64,000 nucleotides of DNA from Balanoglossus misakiensis (Eukaryota > Animalia > Hemichordata): positions 8,271,846-8,335,845 of the forward strand of contig CM082577.2 of assembly GCA_040954595.2 (NCBI GenBank), given 5' to 3'. The notes beneath the pieces were generated by a model that did no database searches, had not been told where the DNA came from, and saw nothing but the letters and a program-made list of their open reading frames with translations. Below, in pieces: positions 14,562 to 29,000 of the stretch. A program made the translations under genes and the position numbers. How positions within the stretch are numbered: position 1 is the stretch's first letter; each line of letters starts with the position of its first letter.

Positions 14562-15898
14562 ATGACGACAACTTATCGGCCGAGATCGCTCGCCAAATTG
14601 AAATTATTCGCCGAAAACGGGCGTTTCGACGTCTATAACGCCACAGCGGCTGATGTCGACAGACGAATTCGGTACCTTGAAGATCAACTACACAAATTCC
14701 GACAAGAAAGCGGCAGTGTCAATGCATGGGATGATGAAATGTTCTATCTGAGAAAGGTGGGCTACTTAGAACAGATGTTTTATCACAGGATGATTGTTAA
14801 AACTTGCGCTGGGACACGTAGTCACCACGATTACACATGCACCGCACTACAGTACATGAACGCACCGCATAGCACCACACTGCGCAACTGCACATCACAC
14901 TGCACCACATTGCCTATTTATCGCACCTCACCGCACCTGCACATAAATCATCGCCTTCATTTTATTCTCTCAGGAATTAATCTGTTCAAGGAGCGGGAAT
15001 CGAGAACTGGAACAAGAACTTCAGGTACGGATAAAACTCATCAAATCCGTCTGAAAGTATTCCTGAGACATGGGTGATGTAAAGTGCCAATGGAATGAAA
15101 TATCATGTTGATTTATGTACATTGACATCAAAAAGGTTTAGTCCGTATACCTCGTGTACAAGCCAAATGCCAAGTGACGTTCTGACAACAAAACTAAGGT
15201 CATCACTCTACAAATTTCACAAGAGCGAGTATTTTTTTCTCCAGCGACTTATCAGATCTTCACTTTCCACACAGTCCGTCAAACTTGAAGTGCAATGTCT
15301 TCAAAGAAAAATAGAAATGTTGACCGAAGCAGAGAGGATTTCAAGAGATGACAGGGATGAAGAGAGGCGAGCAAGAAGGAAAGCTGTCTGGGAAAACTAT
15401 GATTTGAAGAGAGAAAACTTAGTGCTCAGACGGATCATTGAGAACTTGAAGTCCTCAAGGCAGGTATATAATTAATTAGTATTATATTTTAGAAATTATA
15501 TATGTGCATCGTTCTTCAAATACACTTAGCTACACGCTTATTTGGCCATTACGTTGCAATACATTCTTTTAGAGGCTTATAGATGTTATGAGATGTGACG
15601 CGTACCATCTCGTATTTCATAGATGTCGATGCAATAGAAAACAGAACTTTTGGCTGACATAGACTCATTGTGGGATCTTCATTCTTTCACTTCATTATAG
15701 AAACTCGGCGATGAGAGTTCGTCCAGTGAGTCTTCGACGCTAACACATAGCTACCTCAGTCCTGATTACGTCAGCAGACGTAGCAACCGCCCGTCCGGAG
15801 AAAATACCAGATATATAGATTCCTTGTATTTCAGAGACAATACCCTTCCCCAGTATAGAGGGCGCTTCAACCTAGACATCTCGACAGACTCAGAATAG
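14562..15898 (+). CDS. Orphan ~210-aa coiled-coil protein with a degenerate UBAN-like segment, 4 exons
   Basis: Exons 14562-14756, 14974-15024, 15275-15463 and 15701-15898 join through phase-0 GT-AG introns into one open frame. The middle is heptad-rich, the tail is Ser-rich, and AATAAA lies near 16048. Confidence 0.7.
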
Positions 15899-17328
15899 AC
15901 GAAACCTTGGTAGTTGATATTGTATTTCAAAAGAACATTAAAAGCGAGCGAATAGGATTTATAGATATGTGGTGGGGTTTATGTCGTTTAGTCACATGCT
16001 AGCAAGATATATAACAGATTGCTCTTTAGTACATATTAATTTAAAGAAATAAAACAGTGTTGGTACAGCAGACACACCAACAGCCCGACAGCTTTCATCT
16101 TGAAAGGTTTCGAATTTCCAGCACTCTCTTTAAAAGTTTAGACAATCTGATGAATAATTTACTGCGCCAATGTTGCCAGAAGCTATCTCACGTTTAAAAT
16201 GCAAGTTTTCAAAAAATGGCCAATCACCTTAACCCCTTGAACCCTGACCAACAGGCGACTTTGACAAGGATTTACATTTTTTTTCTGTGGTTCAGTTGGA
16301 CCTGTACAGATATAAGTATTACATCCAGACGACAAAAGTCACCTGATTCCGTGGAAAATTTTCCAGAGTTTATTTGGCTGAGAACATCCTTCTTGCAATA
16401 TATTCAAAGAACATGTATTTACAAATAGTTTGGAAATGTAAGACTTCAAATTTGCGTTTGCTTTTTTTTCAGTCATAGAAAAGAAAGAAAAAGATGAAAG
16501 TACACATTCTATGGATCACACATATTGAAGATGACATGTACTGTCATATGCCATCTCCAGTTTCAAGGCATGAAGGCCTGCATTCCATTTATCACAGACA
16601 CACACATCCATGCTTGTGCTTTAAGCCATACAACCAGTAATACACACAGCAAAATGGATGGTCATAGAGAGAGATCATATAATAATTAGCAAAAGACTTT
16701 GTTTACATGGGACAGATGTGTTGTTATGATGCTGGCCCGGAAAAGTTAGGCATGTATCTTTCGAAAATGCCTTTTGAGAAATCTGAGTGTGAAAGTATGG
16801 ATATTTTATGTAAGCCCTATAAATGTGTATGTGCTTCAAACATGATTATTTTTAAGGGAAAAAGATACAGCTGTGATGAGTTACCCCTCCAACCCTGAAT
16901 TGTAAGATTTCACAAAACCTTACACATTTCACTCTCTTTCATCTTCACCTCTGTCACTAAAGACATAAAATGTAAAAATTCTGCATCCATAGATATCACT
17001 GATTTGTCCACTTTCTTCAACAGAATTCAATGTAGCCCATTCACCCCATATCTCTGTGTAAAGGTCCAGCACTGCAACTGAAAACAATGGGGTTGGACCA
17101 AACCATGGTGGTGAAAAGGTTAAAAAAAGAAATTGATACAATAACTTTCACCATTAAGAAAGTTTACAGCAAAATAAATTATGCTTTCATTGTCTTCTAG
17201 ATGGATTAACATTACGCATTTTGGGGGAGGGGGGAGTTGTCAAGGTTTGCTTCTGTAGATAAGATACCTGCAGAGGAATCTACTGATCACATCACATCTC
17301 AGCTCCAATTAAACGGTGACTGGATCTT

Positions 17329-20146
17329 CTAATCCAACTCAACTGGACACAACTCATCTGTCACCGGCAAACTTTCATCATCGTCATCCACAAAGAGGCT
17401 CTGCAACAAATTCCCTGTAACAAACCAAAAATTAATGTTACTGCACTATACTTTGCGAATACATGACACACTCCTACATTTATGTACTTCATCAAGTCTA
17501 TCTTCTCATGATATGCCAGACTTTGTTTTGAACAGTGACCACATTAATTCAGTTTATACATGTTGCGCCAACACAGTACCGTTTGCGTTGTGACCCTTTT
17601 GACCTTTGTTTGTTTGTTCGTTGTTTGTATTCGCTCTCATGCCTTGAACTTGACAAACACACACACCATATTAAAGGTACGATTGTACAGAATTGGTTTG
17701 TCTTTATTGCCGTTGAAACAGTCTGCATTTTATGTTCTTTCACAAGCAAGCCCTGTTTTTGCAAAAAGATGCGAATATACCATTCAGAGTCTACTGTACT
17801 TTGGTTGTGTTTAGTTTTCACACTCTGAAATGAATATAAAACCTACCTAAAACACCACCTGGTTGAGAATTATCTTCTTTTGGTGGTGGCACACCGAAAA
17901 ATATCTGTCCAATACGGTCAATATAGTCCCTATAACTTGGGTCTCTTGATATTGACGGCTGGTACTTTTCACATAATACTGCAAACACTGTTAGTTTACC
18001 ACTGAAGACAGATGAATAATGTGAAATGTTAAAAAGTGTATTATGAAGCATATATCGCCTGGATTAAGCTATGAAAATTTAGTATGATTTGTAAAATCAT
18101 ATTTATTCATATAAATGACATGATGCTTCAATAATACAAAATCCTCTCAAAAAAGAAAGTTACTGGACCCTATTCTATTCAGCTGTATGGATTTGTAAAC
18201 AAGCCAACACTTACCCTTGTATTGCGAGCAGTAAAAACCAAACAAAATTTAACAGTGGTCTCATAAAAGGTGGTCCAGTCTCTATGTCTGGGTGTTGCTC
18301 TGTGTATGTATAAAATACTACTGATGCAGTTTTCTCATTTTTTAAGCATAAAAGTCTGCAAAAAAGAGGAAAAAATACTATTTGTTATGCTTATTTGTAA
18401 GCACACAGAAAATTTTATTTTCATAGTATGAAATGCAAAGTTTCAGTCTACAGATGTAGAGATGTGTATTTAATTTTTTTTCTTGTACGTCACCACTTGC
18501 AATGAATTTCGGTTAATACTTACTGCAGAACAGCTTGAGTTATAAACATGTCTACTTCACTGGGAAAACCCTTCACTGTTGCATACTCCACTAACATCGA
18601 TGCACAGGCAATGCCATCATAGGAATGTATGAAATGATACCTGGATTCATAGTAATTCTTTTCTGTGGAAAAAAAACAGAAATAAGAAATCATAGAGAAG
18701 CTGGCAGATGAACTGATGATTGGTCAGGTGAGTACGTAGGTAAGTACGTTTTCCTGGATGCAATTGAACTCATGACAAAGACAAGCAAACATTGAGCTTT
18801 GAAACTGACAGAAATTCTTCAAACTCAGTGAACGTTACTTTGGAATGGGAGGACTCACCTTTCCACAGTGTCATTGCAATTTGTTGGTGGAGATCGGGAT
18901 GGCCTGATTTGTGAGATGTCTCCCCTTTGCTGGACCACTTCAATGCAGCATTAACGTACTGTCCCCTTTCCGGAGATTCATGGTCTAATAACCTGAGTAG
19001 ACTGCAAATTTTATCTGTGAAGTGTGGTAAACATCATAAAAGCAATTATCTTTACAGAAGTGTATTCTTTGAAGTATGTCAATACAAATCTTTGGACCAG
19101 CAGTCCGTTCATTTCTACACAATTTTCTACCAGATATTCAGTTTAAAATCTTACCTATTTTGTCTTCATTCACAGATGAATTAGAATTGTTGAGGGCTTC
19201 TATTAACAACATAGACAAATCAGCCCCACTTCCATGCTGTAGTATCAGACAAAATCAGATATAACTCCATTATCAATCGGGTGGATGCTCCATAATTAAT
19301 CTGATTGACAATTTTACAGTATTTCAAAGGGAAGATTTCACAAAATTTATCAATAATTTGCAGATTGCTGTCTTCTCCAAATATTATCAATTAATTACCT
19401 GATTATGTTTCAACAGCAAGCTGGCACCAGAATATAACAGTTCTATAGCTTCTGCATGTTTCTTCTGTGACATATACCTATGTACAGAAAGAGTAATTAT
19501 CAATAGCCGTCTTCTTGACAAGTACACAACAGACTGTCTGATTTCTGGGGTAGCTGGGATCCTATGGCGATTACACATCAACGAGTGCTGCTGGTAAACC
19601 TGTTCTGGATAAATCCGTTGGACCAGTTTATCAGAATGTGTTCATCAGTATATAGGTTACTCACTGGGTGAGTTAAATGACTGTGATCTTTTTCGTGCAG
19701 CCAATGACACTCACTCAAACTGATACGAATTTATCATTGTGTTAATGTGTACTGTGAGTGTGCTTTCATGGAAATTACACATACCCTTTTGAATTAAACA
19801 CACGAAGAATAAGCAAACCCAACTGACTGTCTAGCACATGTGAAAAATACATTTGGTTAGCACACAAGTAAAAGAGGTAAAATTAAAATCCGAAATATCA
19901 ATCAACAAAGCTTCATCACATATGCATATTGCTGATTACGGAAATAGAAAACGACACGGTTACACGAAGGTATCTTTGTAAATAATTCGCTCACTGAGGT
20001 CGCTCTGTTGACCCGAAGTCGATTATGTTACCTTACCTGAAATAGAGGGTTCTGTACATTTGATGGGCTTCATAGAAATTGCCTTCCTCTACACTAATGC
20101 GTAGTTTCTTCAACACACGTTCCACTCCACCTCTGCTGGCAGCCAT
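17329..20146 (-). CDS. GET4: Golgi-to-ER traffic protein 4 (GET4/TRC35), 8 exons
   Basis: [80 protein letters not shown]-terminal ELD. Exons 20146-20037, 19477-19399, 19236-19155, 19014-18859, 18662-18524, 18355-18215, 18001-17847, 17414-17329. Confidence 0.95.
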
Positions 20147-20500
20147 TTTGCAGATCCGATCCATTCACACTCTGTTGGACCGACTGATATACTGTGGGGT
20201 TTTCCCCAAGATAATTTTCCAAAGAAATTCCGAGCTGCTTCTATTTTGTACATGAAATTCGCAAAGGAGTGAAAATTGCAATTTTTACACCCGGTTATCT
20301 ATTTTTTAACATTGAACAATGTGTCCAGTCTAACAAGAACTGTCAAAGGTCACACTTGGTCAAGTGGGTCAAGTTGGTTCAATTCCACCTGTGGTGGCGC
20401 CTTTCATAAGGCTGTCTGCTTCATTTGGATGTGCAACATGGGATTTTGATCACAACTGTACTTCTGTTTTTAATGCTACTGAAGGATAGGTGAGGTAAGA
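20147..20500. promoter_or_regulatory. Bidirectional promoter GET4/DPH7
   Basis: Head-to-head genes. A YY1-like AAAATGGCTGC motif covers the GET4 start. A probable non-coding DPH7 exon ends at GT donors near 20490-20495, with an acceptor at ~20713. Confidence 0.6.
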
Positions 20501-20751
20501 CAAACTTCATAGAATGTTTTTAACTGAGACGCAGAAACTCTGATCAACGCTATTAGAAACCATGCAGAATTATGACAAAGTTTAGTTATGTAAATTCTCA
20601 TTGAGATAATTATAAAATACATGTACAGTGTATATTAAAATTTATACAATTGAAAACAAATATGCCTGGTAAATAATTTGTATCTAAGGAGACTTTAATT
20701 TGTTGTACATGCAGGCATATTCAACCAGCCAATCTTTGACCTGCAAGTTCC

Positions 20752-23636
20752 ATGGCCAACTGCGCCACATCTTCTGGATGCACAGAGGATGGAGGAATGC
20801 CGATCCAGACTCTGTGGGAAGAGGACACGGAATACAGTGCAGATGCCGTGGAATGGTGTCCTGTCAGCGAACACCTGGATATCTTGGTGTGTGGAACTTA
20901 CCAGTTAGCTGACAGTGAGAAGAGAGATGATACAACAGGCCAAGATGAACCCACTGAGAAGGTAGAAATTTGCTTTCTTTTTTTGTAAAGCACATAGCAT
21001 TTAGAATCACAAGAAAATGAAGAGTAAATAAACATAAAATGGATTTGTATACAAAATATTGTCAACTATCACATATCTTGGCCATTGTTAGATAGCAAAA
21101 TGTATGCTTTGGAAAGTCCAATCTCATGCACTTGATGTACACAGATTTGCCTTTGTAATAAAAATGATCATTTTAGACAAAATTTCAAACTGCTGTACAT
21201 GTCTCACTACTTTGCATTGATGTACTACTTGTATGATCTTGAATGACATATATACACACTGTATTATGTATTATGTCAATACTCATTCTATTTGCTAAAT
21301 AAATAAATATGATAATATCATGTAGAAATCAGAAGAAAATATCGATGCACCAAAGATCAGAAAAGGTCGCCTTTTGATGTACAAGTTTGTGATATCTGAA
21401 GAAGCTGGTGGAGATTGTGAAACCATGGCGACAAAATTACAGGAAGTTTTCAGGGAAGAATGTCCTGCCATCTTGGATTTAAAATGGTAAATCACTTCTT
21501 ATTCTTGTGACAGGAAACTTATGATGTTGATGTTGCCAAAATGTTAGTATTTACAGAATAATGCAGTAATTAGCAGTTTCAGAATTTCTAGTTGGGGATC
21601 TCGGTACTGAAGCTCAGTTAGAACAATAATGTCATTCTGAAACTGCAAGCAGTGTATCTAGCAGACCAATATTGTTTACCGACAATTTTTGGTGTTTTTT
21701 TTTCTTCTCCAGGTGTCATCAACCTCTGAATAATAAAGCAAGTTTAGGAATTGTAAATTCAGATGGCGACCTGATTCTGCACCAACTTCAGGTATAGCAA
21801 TACATGGTTACTTGGAGTATGTGAAGTGGGAAATTCATCTCGATCAATAATCCCTCAATACCCTCTGTTATTCTTGATTTAAGGATTTAAAGTATGACAG
21901 GTATTCTCTGTTCATCTGAAAGCAATGATAAACTCGCATTACTATCACTGTCTAAACAAGTACAGTTTTCTCTTATTTCAGGATGACCAGTCCATGCAAG
22001 AGTTGCATAGTTTACAAGTTGGCGTTGACAGATTGGCTTTGTCCCTTGACTGGTCAACTGGTGTTAACTCCAGGTACGTATAGACACATCTACTGTTTAT
22101 TATCTGTGAGATTTTGTCAACCAGGTTTTACATACAGAACACTTGTTTGCCTCAACAGCACAGCATAGTTGCAATAAATGACTCCATGAGAGTAGATGAC
22201 TAGACAGAGATGTGATACATAATCTGACAGCTTTTGCATGAAATAAACTTGCTTTGTGTTCACAGTAACAATCCTAATATCATAGTGAGTGATTCAGCCG
22301 GCGAGATAACTCTGTGCCAGTTTCAAGAATCTAATCTTGTCAAATTGCATCAATGGTCAGCCCACCAATTCGAAGCATGGATTGCAGCGTTCAATTACTG
22401 GCAACCAGATATCGTCTATTCAGGTAGGAAATTAATGTGTTTCCATTGTGATATGTGGTGCTTTGCATTCATAAATGACCGCAAGAACAAAGTTAGCTGC
22501 AAGGAGGCCTTCACTCTGCAAAGTGTGTACATTGATGATCTTGTACTACTGAGATTTTTTTTTCGTTTTTACAGGTGGTGATGACTGTAAATTAAAATGT
22601 TGGGACACCAGAACAGAATGCAGTGCGCCAATGTTTGTTAGTAAAAGGTAAACCTTTTACGTACAGTGCTGGTTTATAGGAAAACACTATCAGGTCTTAT
22701 GGTGCAGACGTTTACTGAAATTCAAAACCTTATCAAGTAAGACAGCACAGGGTAGAGCAACCTGATTAAAATCAGATGTAGAGATACTAGTACACGCTGT
22801 CTTCCTTCCTGGGTCTTCACTGTTTTCATTCTGCTGCTGTGTTGCTTCTCTGTAGCTGACTACTGAAATAGGAATGTAAAACTCACTGACAATTTCTCCT
22901 GTCTACAGACATGATATGGGAGTATGCAGTATCCACAGCAACAGGGTCAGAGACAATATCCTAGCAACGGGGAGGTAGGATTGAATTCACATCCAATTGT
23001 TGAATAGATACATGTACTGTCAATCACTGAATTACTTGTATGGTACAAGTGAAATAAGCTAACAAGCGACAACCTTTATTGACAGTTATGATGAAACTGT
23101 TTTGGTATGGGACACAAGGCAGATGAGACAACCGTTATCGACAACTGGTGTGGGTGGCGGCGTATGGAGATTGAAATGGCATCCTTCCAATGGTAATCTA
23201 TTGCTGGCAGCATGCATGCATAATGGGTTCCATGTCTTGGACTGTTCAACTATCACAGGTTAGTCTTAATTTTTGGAGTTTGCAAGTACATGTACAATGT
23301 ATATGAGACTGTTTCTAAAACTTGAGGATTTTGCTTTTGAGGTGATAGAATGTGGAAGGATGGCATCTGCATGTGATTTCATGTTTTAACCCTTTCACCA
23401 CCATGGTTCAGTCCAAACCCAGTTTCCTATGGTAAAGTTGGACTCCTAAAGTTTATTTCATACCTACAGATTCATGCCAGCCACTTGTCAAGTCATACTT
23501 TGGCCACAAATCTCTTGCGTATGGTGCAGATTGGTGTCAGCTGTCCACGCCAGATACCTTGGTGTCCTGTCCACGGAATATTGTAGCCTCCTGTTCATTT
23601 TATGACCATTTACTGCACGTGTGGGGATGGAACTAG
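20752..23636 (+). CDS. DPH7: Diphthine methyltransferase / diphthamide biosynthesis protein 7 (WDR85), 9 coding exons
   Basis: [99 protein letters not shown]. Approximate exons 20752-20961, 21327-21487, 21713-21791, 21982-22053, 22266-22423, 22575-22647, 22909-22974, 23085-23258, 23470-23636. Confidence 0.93.
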
Positions 23637-23793
23637 AATGCACTAATGCCCTGTAACAGATGTCATTTTTTGATGTCTGTTACAGGTACATTGTACTGAT
23701 CAGACTCTGTTACAGCCACATCTTAGAATCTGCCTGTAGCTTTCTTGCTTTGTAATCCACACCCTGAGCTGAGTAGGTTAAGTTTGAGATTAT

Positions 23794-23877
23794 CCCTTTC
23801 ACCCCCAGATCTCTCTTTAGAGGTCCAACCTAACCATAGAAAACAATGGGTGTGGACTGAACCATGGGGTGAAAGGG
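23794..23877. mobile_element. Copy of the ~85-bp piggyBac-type MITE
   Basis: CCCTTTCACCCC...GGGGTGAAAGGG termini and the shared core. Confidence 0.75.
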
Positions 23878-26020
23878 AATGTACAACTGAATGTGGATAT
23901 GCTGTGTCAGACTAGATTGGTCCGAGTTTGAAGGGGTTGTCACAGAAAACATTTTTATTAAAATTACACAAGATGTTGAATTGATGTTGTAAGTTTTACT
24001 GTCTAGATACAAAAATGTTACATGAATAAGATAAATACAAATTTGGGATGAACATCTAATATGATACAACGCATCTCACATCAAACTACTGCATGCTGTA
24101 CAGATCACACAAATCATGTTGGCAACTTTTCTGCAGTACAAGCAGAGAATTCAAATCAATGAAATGTAAAAAATATGTTGAAAGCACCACAAAACATTCC
24201 AATGGTTGGCACACCAATAGAGACCTATTAAACTAGGTGTTATTCACTCCCCTTGATTCTGGTGATGTGGAATAATCGATCACTTGTTTTGCTGTCAGCA
24301 GGATCATTCCATTCAGAGGATAGGGGTGAGTGGATTCTGAAAACTTACAAAAAAGTCGCTTTTTTCATAAATTGTCAATTCGGCAGTGTTGGTGCATGCG
24401 ATTTCTGAGGATGAGTTTGAAGTGAATGATACAAATTGCTATTGACTACTACTGAGTGTGAGTACGTGTATTCTCATTACATTGGTCCAATTTCTGTTCT
24501 ATACTGAACTAAATCCTTATGGTACAGGAAAAAAACTTTGACAAAGTTCTGAAGAATTTTATTTTTGATATCAGTTAAACTGGCCAGCAGGAGCTCCGGG
24601 ATGCTTGGAAAAGTTCTTCCCGCGATTAGCATAATCATTAAAATCACCTACAACTGGGTCACGAAATGTCATTTCAGATTAGTTCAATTACAACATGTCA
24701 TGTCTACAAAATACACCAGAACTTAGATAATAAAATAAAAGTGTACAATCAAAACAAAAGTGAATATGCTACACAAAAATAAATAAAAACAAATTGCACC
24801 ATTACATAGCATTAAGTTTTTTTTAAATTATAAATTATGGACGTTTTTAGCAAGCTGCTACATACAATGATTAATTAGTTCATTTTGAGTTAATGACGTG
24901 AACATTTACAGACTGCAAATTTGTCAATGCCTCTGACCTTGCTAGTATAAACTTTTTGAAATTACTTTTTAACACAAAAACACGACTAACAGAATCATTT
25001 CACAACTGTAGACATGATTACAAAAAAAACTAACAATCTGTACCTTGACAGATTTTCTGCGTCTACTTCTGACACTCCAACCCCATCGATTACTCAAAAA
25101 TGTTTCCCACATTCATCTGATCACAAAACAATTAATGGCAGAATACAATCACTTGAAATTGACGCTGTACATTATGTTGTGTCATCCAGTCTACACAAAT
25201 CTTACCCAGTTTTTTTCTGGGTACTTCTATGTTAATAACAATAGCTTATTAGAGAGTTAAAGTTCTTGTTTTGCAAAATAATGGACTGAACTGTCAATCG
25301 ATGACAAATCAGGGTACCTACACATAAAGTACAGTAGAAACACAAAACAGTGACATCACTGAAAAGTGAAACATGCCTAACAAAACTAGGCAGGTCAAAG
25401 TGATGTTTACAACAGCTACATGTATTGCCAAATGTGTATTTAGCATGTTGAGTATTTCTACATTCGAATAGCACCATTCTATCACTGGCAAGTTTCTATT
25501 TACAATACACTCACTCTCAAAACACAATTTGATTTTTATGTGAGACGTAAAGTGTGTACATCAGATAAGCACTACTGATATACTGGTCATGGAAGGTAAG
25601 AGGAGAGAGATCTGTTCACACTCATTTTCTAGAATATTACAACTTCGTAATGCAAGCATTAGCAACCTTTTTGGCCTCTAACGAACATTTTTTGTGTGTA
25701 GAGCCCTAAATATGATCAGTCCTTTACTTGGTACCTGCAAAATCCAAATCCTGTGTCGTCAAACCACGGGCGTCATGGAACAATAAAGTGTATGTAGCTT
25801 GTTTGACTGGGGAATACATGTACCAAGTGGGCCTACTGAATGTACCTTAGTGGCATGGCACTGCCGTAGAGGGCGCACCGCATCAGAGGTACCGGTACTC
25901 CAGGTTGGCTAATACAGCAAAGTCAAAACTACAGTGTGCTTCGTTGCAGACAAAAATTTATCAACAATTCTATAGTACTGATTCTGATTTCTCACAGCTA
26001 TAAAGCGATTGTAAAACGAC

Positions 26021-29000
26021 TTATTTTGGTGCTTGACGGAATAAGCCCCATCCATGGAAACAGCGGACAAACTTCCAGGGCTCCTTCCCCTTCTTTGCCA
26101 TGAACAGTTTGCGTGGATTCTCTGGGTCTTTGTTTTTCAGGTGCTGTATGTAAACCTTCAAGAAAGGAAGAGAATTTAGTTCATGTCAGTACTTTCATTT
26201 CCATGCCAAGCTTAAAGACCTTAAAATTGTTCGTTTAAATCGTGTCTCACTTCAATGACATTCAACTATGGACACTTACCTGGGCACTCTTGAATGCCAG
26301 TTTGATTTCAATATCACTTCCCGTTGGACCAACCCATAGAAAGACTTCGTGACCAGTGTCCAATATCATTATGTCATCGTCTGCTAGATCATCCTGTAAA
26401 TATGAAACACTATGGTAAGTTTTGCCGTAGAACACTACACAATACATCTGTACAGCATTTCAAGTATGCCCTATGTTCCAGCTTATATGAAATAAAGTTG
26501 GCAGGTATGTCTACACATATGTTATTTTTTGAAATAAGAGGCAATATTCTGCAGGCAATTCCAGCTACTAACATTCCCAAAATAACCTCTGATGTTTTGC
26601 CAATACCATTTGGAAAACCATCTGTACAGACACAACAAGTGGTCCACTACCTATAAACAAAACTCATCTACATATCTAGCTGGCAATATAATTGTGTCAA
26701 ACACACAATGACTATTTACTTGTAGTGAGTATTTACGCAGAGGACTAGACTCACCTGGCAAAAATCGGCACATTTCTCTGACACTGTAAAGAACCCTTTC
26801 TCATTGGAACATCTGAACAGTCTGGACATATTCATGTAATCAGCATCTACGTCGTAAGACTTCTTTCCACCAATACCAACCCAGAAGAAATTCTCTGGTT
26901 CTCCGCCTTCGTTGATTAACTGGATGCTGTATGTCTACAAATATATATAATAAGGGGAATAGTGTTAGAAAAGTCTACAAGCAAACATGTCACACCACTG
27001 ATCCAAACACATGTTTTTATGCAACACAACCTTTCTTTAGTTTGTACATTTTTATTTCCCTTTTGTTTAAAGGTATATGGTCACCTATGCAAATATAGCT
27101 ACAGTTACAATGGTAAATTGAGATGTAACCAATCACAGATTTTCAGTGGGTGGCACACCCGAAAAAAGAGCGCCACCATATGTTCTTTAGAACGCTCAAA
27201 TACGGCATTTCTGACATATATGGTCGTATGTAAATTGGAGGTGACCGTGTACCTTTAAACCTACCACTAAGAGAAACTCATTGCACCTGTTGCTATGACT
27301 ACAAAACAAAAACATCATCTGGAACATACCCCAAACATATCTCTAGCAATTTCTTCAGTCAGTTTGGCTTCATCTTGATCAGCTTTTTCTCCGATCCACA
27401 CGTAAACAATTCCATTCTCTTGGTTGTCAAAAGGAACTTTCAGGATGTAACTGAAAGACGAGATATTGACATTCAATATTGACAGCAAGTACGGTCGCTT
27501 TCAGTTTCTACTGATGAACATGTAACGTTTATAAGAAGTCATCTTTTAAATTCATTTCACGTCCATTCACGTCAACATGCATGGATATTTGCATTTTTTC
27601 AAGGAAAACTGAGAGTTGATGTTCACTATAGCTATGGTAAAGACCCAGTCAGTAGAATAAGTTCAGACAAGACGCCTACGGACTAACTCCTGCCAAGTCG
27701 TGGGGTAATGAAAAATCTCTAAAATGTACAGGAAAAAAATAAACTATCTCTTCTACTTTACCAGAACTCAGAGTTAAGGAGTTTAGCTGATGGGTTTATT
27801 TGCACACATCGGGTACAGATGGAGCCACCGTTGGATCTCACATGGAACATCTCAGGAAACATCTCAGTGCCTGGTTTCTTGGGCATTTTACGTTTTCCAC
27901 GGATGATGATGAACCTCCTCTTGAAGTGTGACATGAATTTCAGATTCTCTTGTTGCTGTACACAAAATGATAGAAACTGTATTAGTCTTGTGGTTTCCCT
28001 TAGTGCTTCGTCATATAGCATGCAAGGAATCTGTGTGTCATTGATATTACTTTTCTGCCATGTGCTTAGGTAAAAACAAACTCCTGGCTATATTGCCATA
28101 TGCACAACTTCCCATCAGAAGACAGTGGCTGCAATAACACCCTGTCAATCACTGTATTTGACACAAATTCTACAAACTAATAAATATCTCTTCCATGACA
28201 TTTTGTTACCAACGTTTCTAAGGACACGTACAGCCAGATACATGTACATACCTGAAAGAGCCTGACGACTTCCAACTTGTCACCAAACAGACTCTCAAAC
28301 TTCTTCTGCAGACTGAATGTAAACGTCAACCATCCCATCTTGCTGGCGTCCCTTCCTTGCCAGAAGTACACCACGTACTGGAACTCATCCGGTTCGTCTT
28401 CGCCTTCCTCCGCGTCTTCCGGACTGTCTTCGTCGTACTCTTTGGGAACCCAGTATCGGCACAGGAACACATAGCAGTCGCCGGAGTAGAAGTGACCTGA
28501 TGAAGAAAAGATTCCCATGAATTATTATGTCACGGTGGTGGTGTCATGCGAGTGTCAGGTAGTGTTCAGTAGTCTCATGTGAGTGTTAGGTGCTGTCATT
28601 GTCAGTACAGTATAGTGTCATGCAGTGTCATCTGTGTCACATACTATCATGCCAGGGCCATGTTGGAGCGATACTTGTAAATATATATGGTGTCTTATTA
28701 CAGTCTCGTTAGCTGTACATGGGAAATTGATGCTTTACATACAACGGGCGATGCCTTTTTGACACTCGGCAAAAACACACCTGATTCTTCCTCTGGCAAC
28801 CGAACAAATTTCTTGCCTTCCAAGACGAATGATTCAATGCTATCCAGATCCTCGTTCCATTCTTCCATCAGTTGCTCCTGTCGGGTCAAAGGTGAAAAGG
28901 TATAATCACACTAACTGCAGCCTGTTTTTTCATGATGAAACTTAACCCAGTACAAGTGCCTCTCACCCTGACTAAAACTTGAAAATAGTGTGTATCAGCA

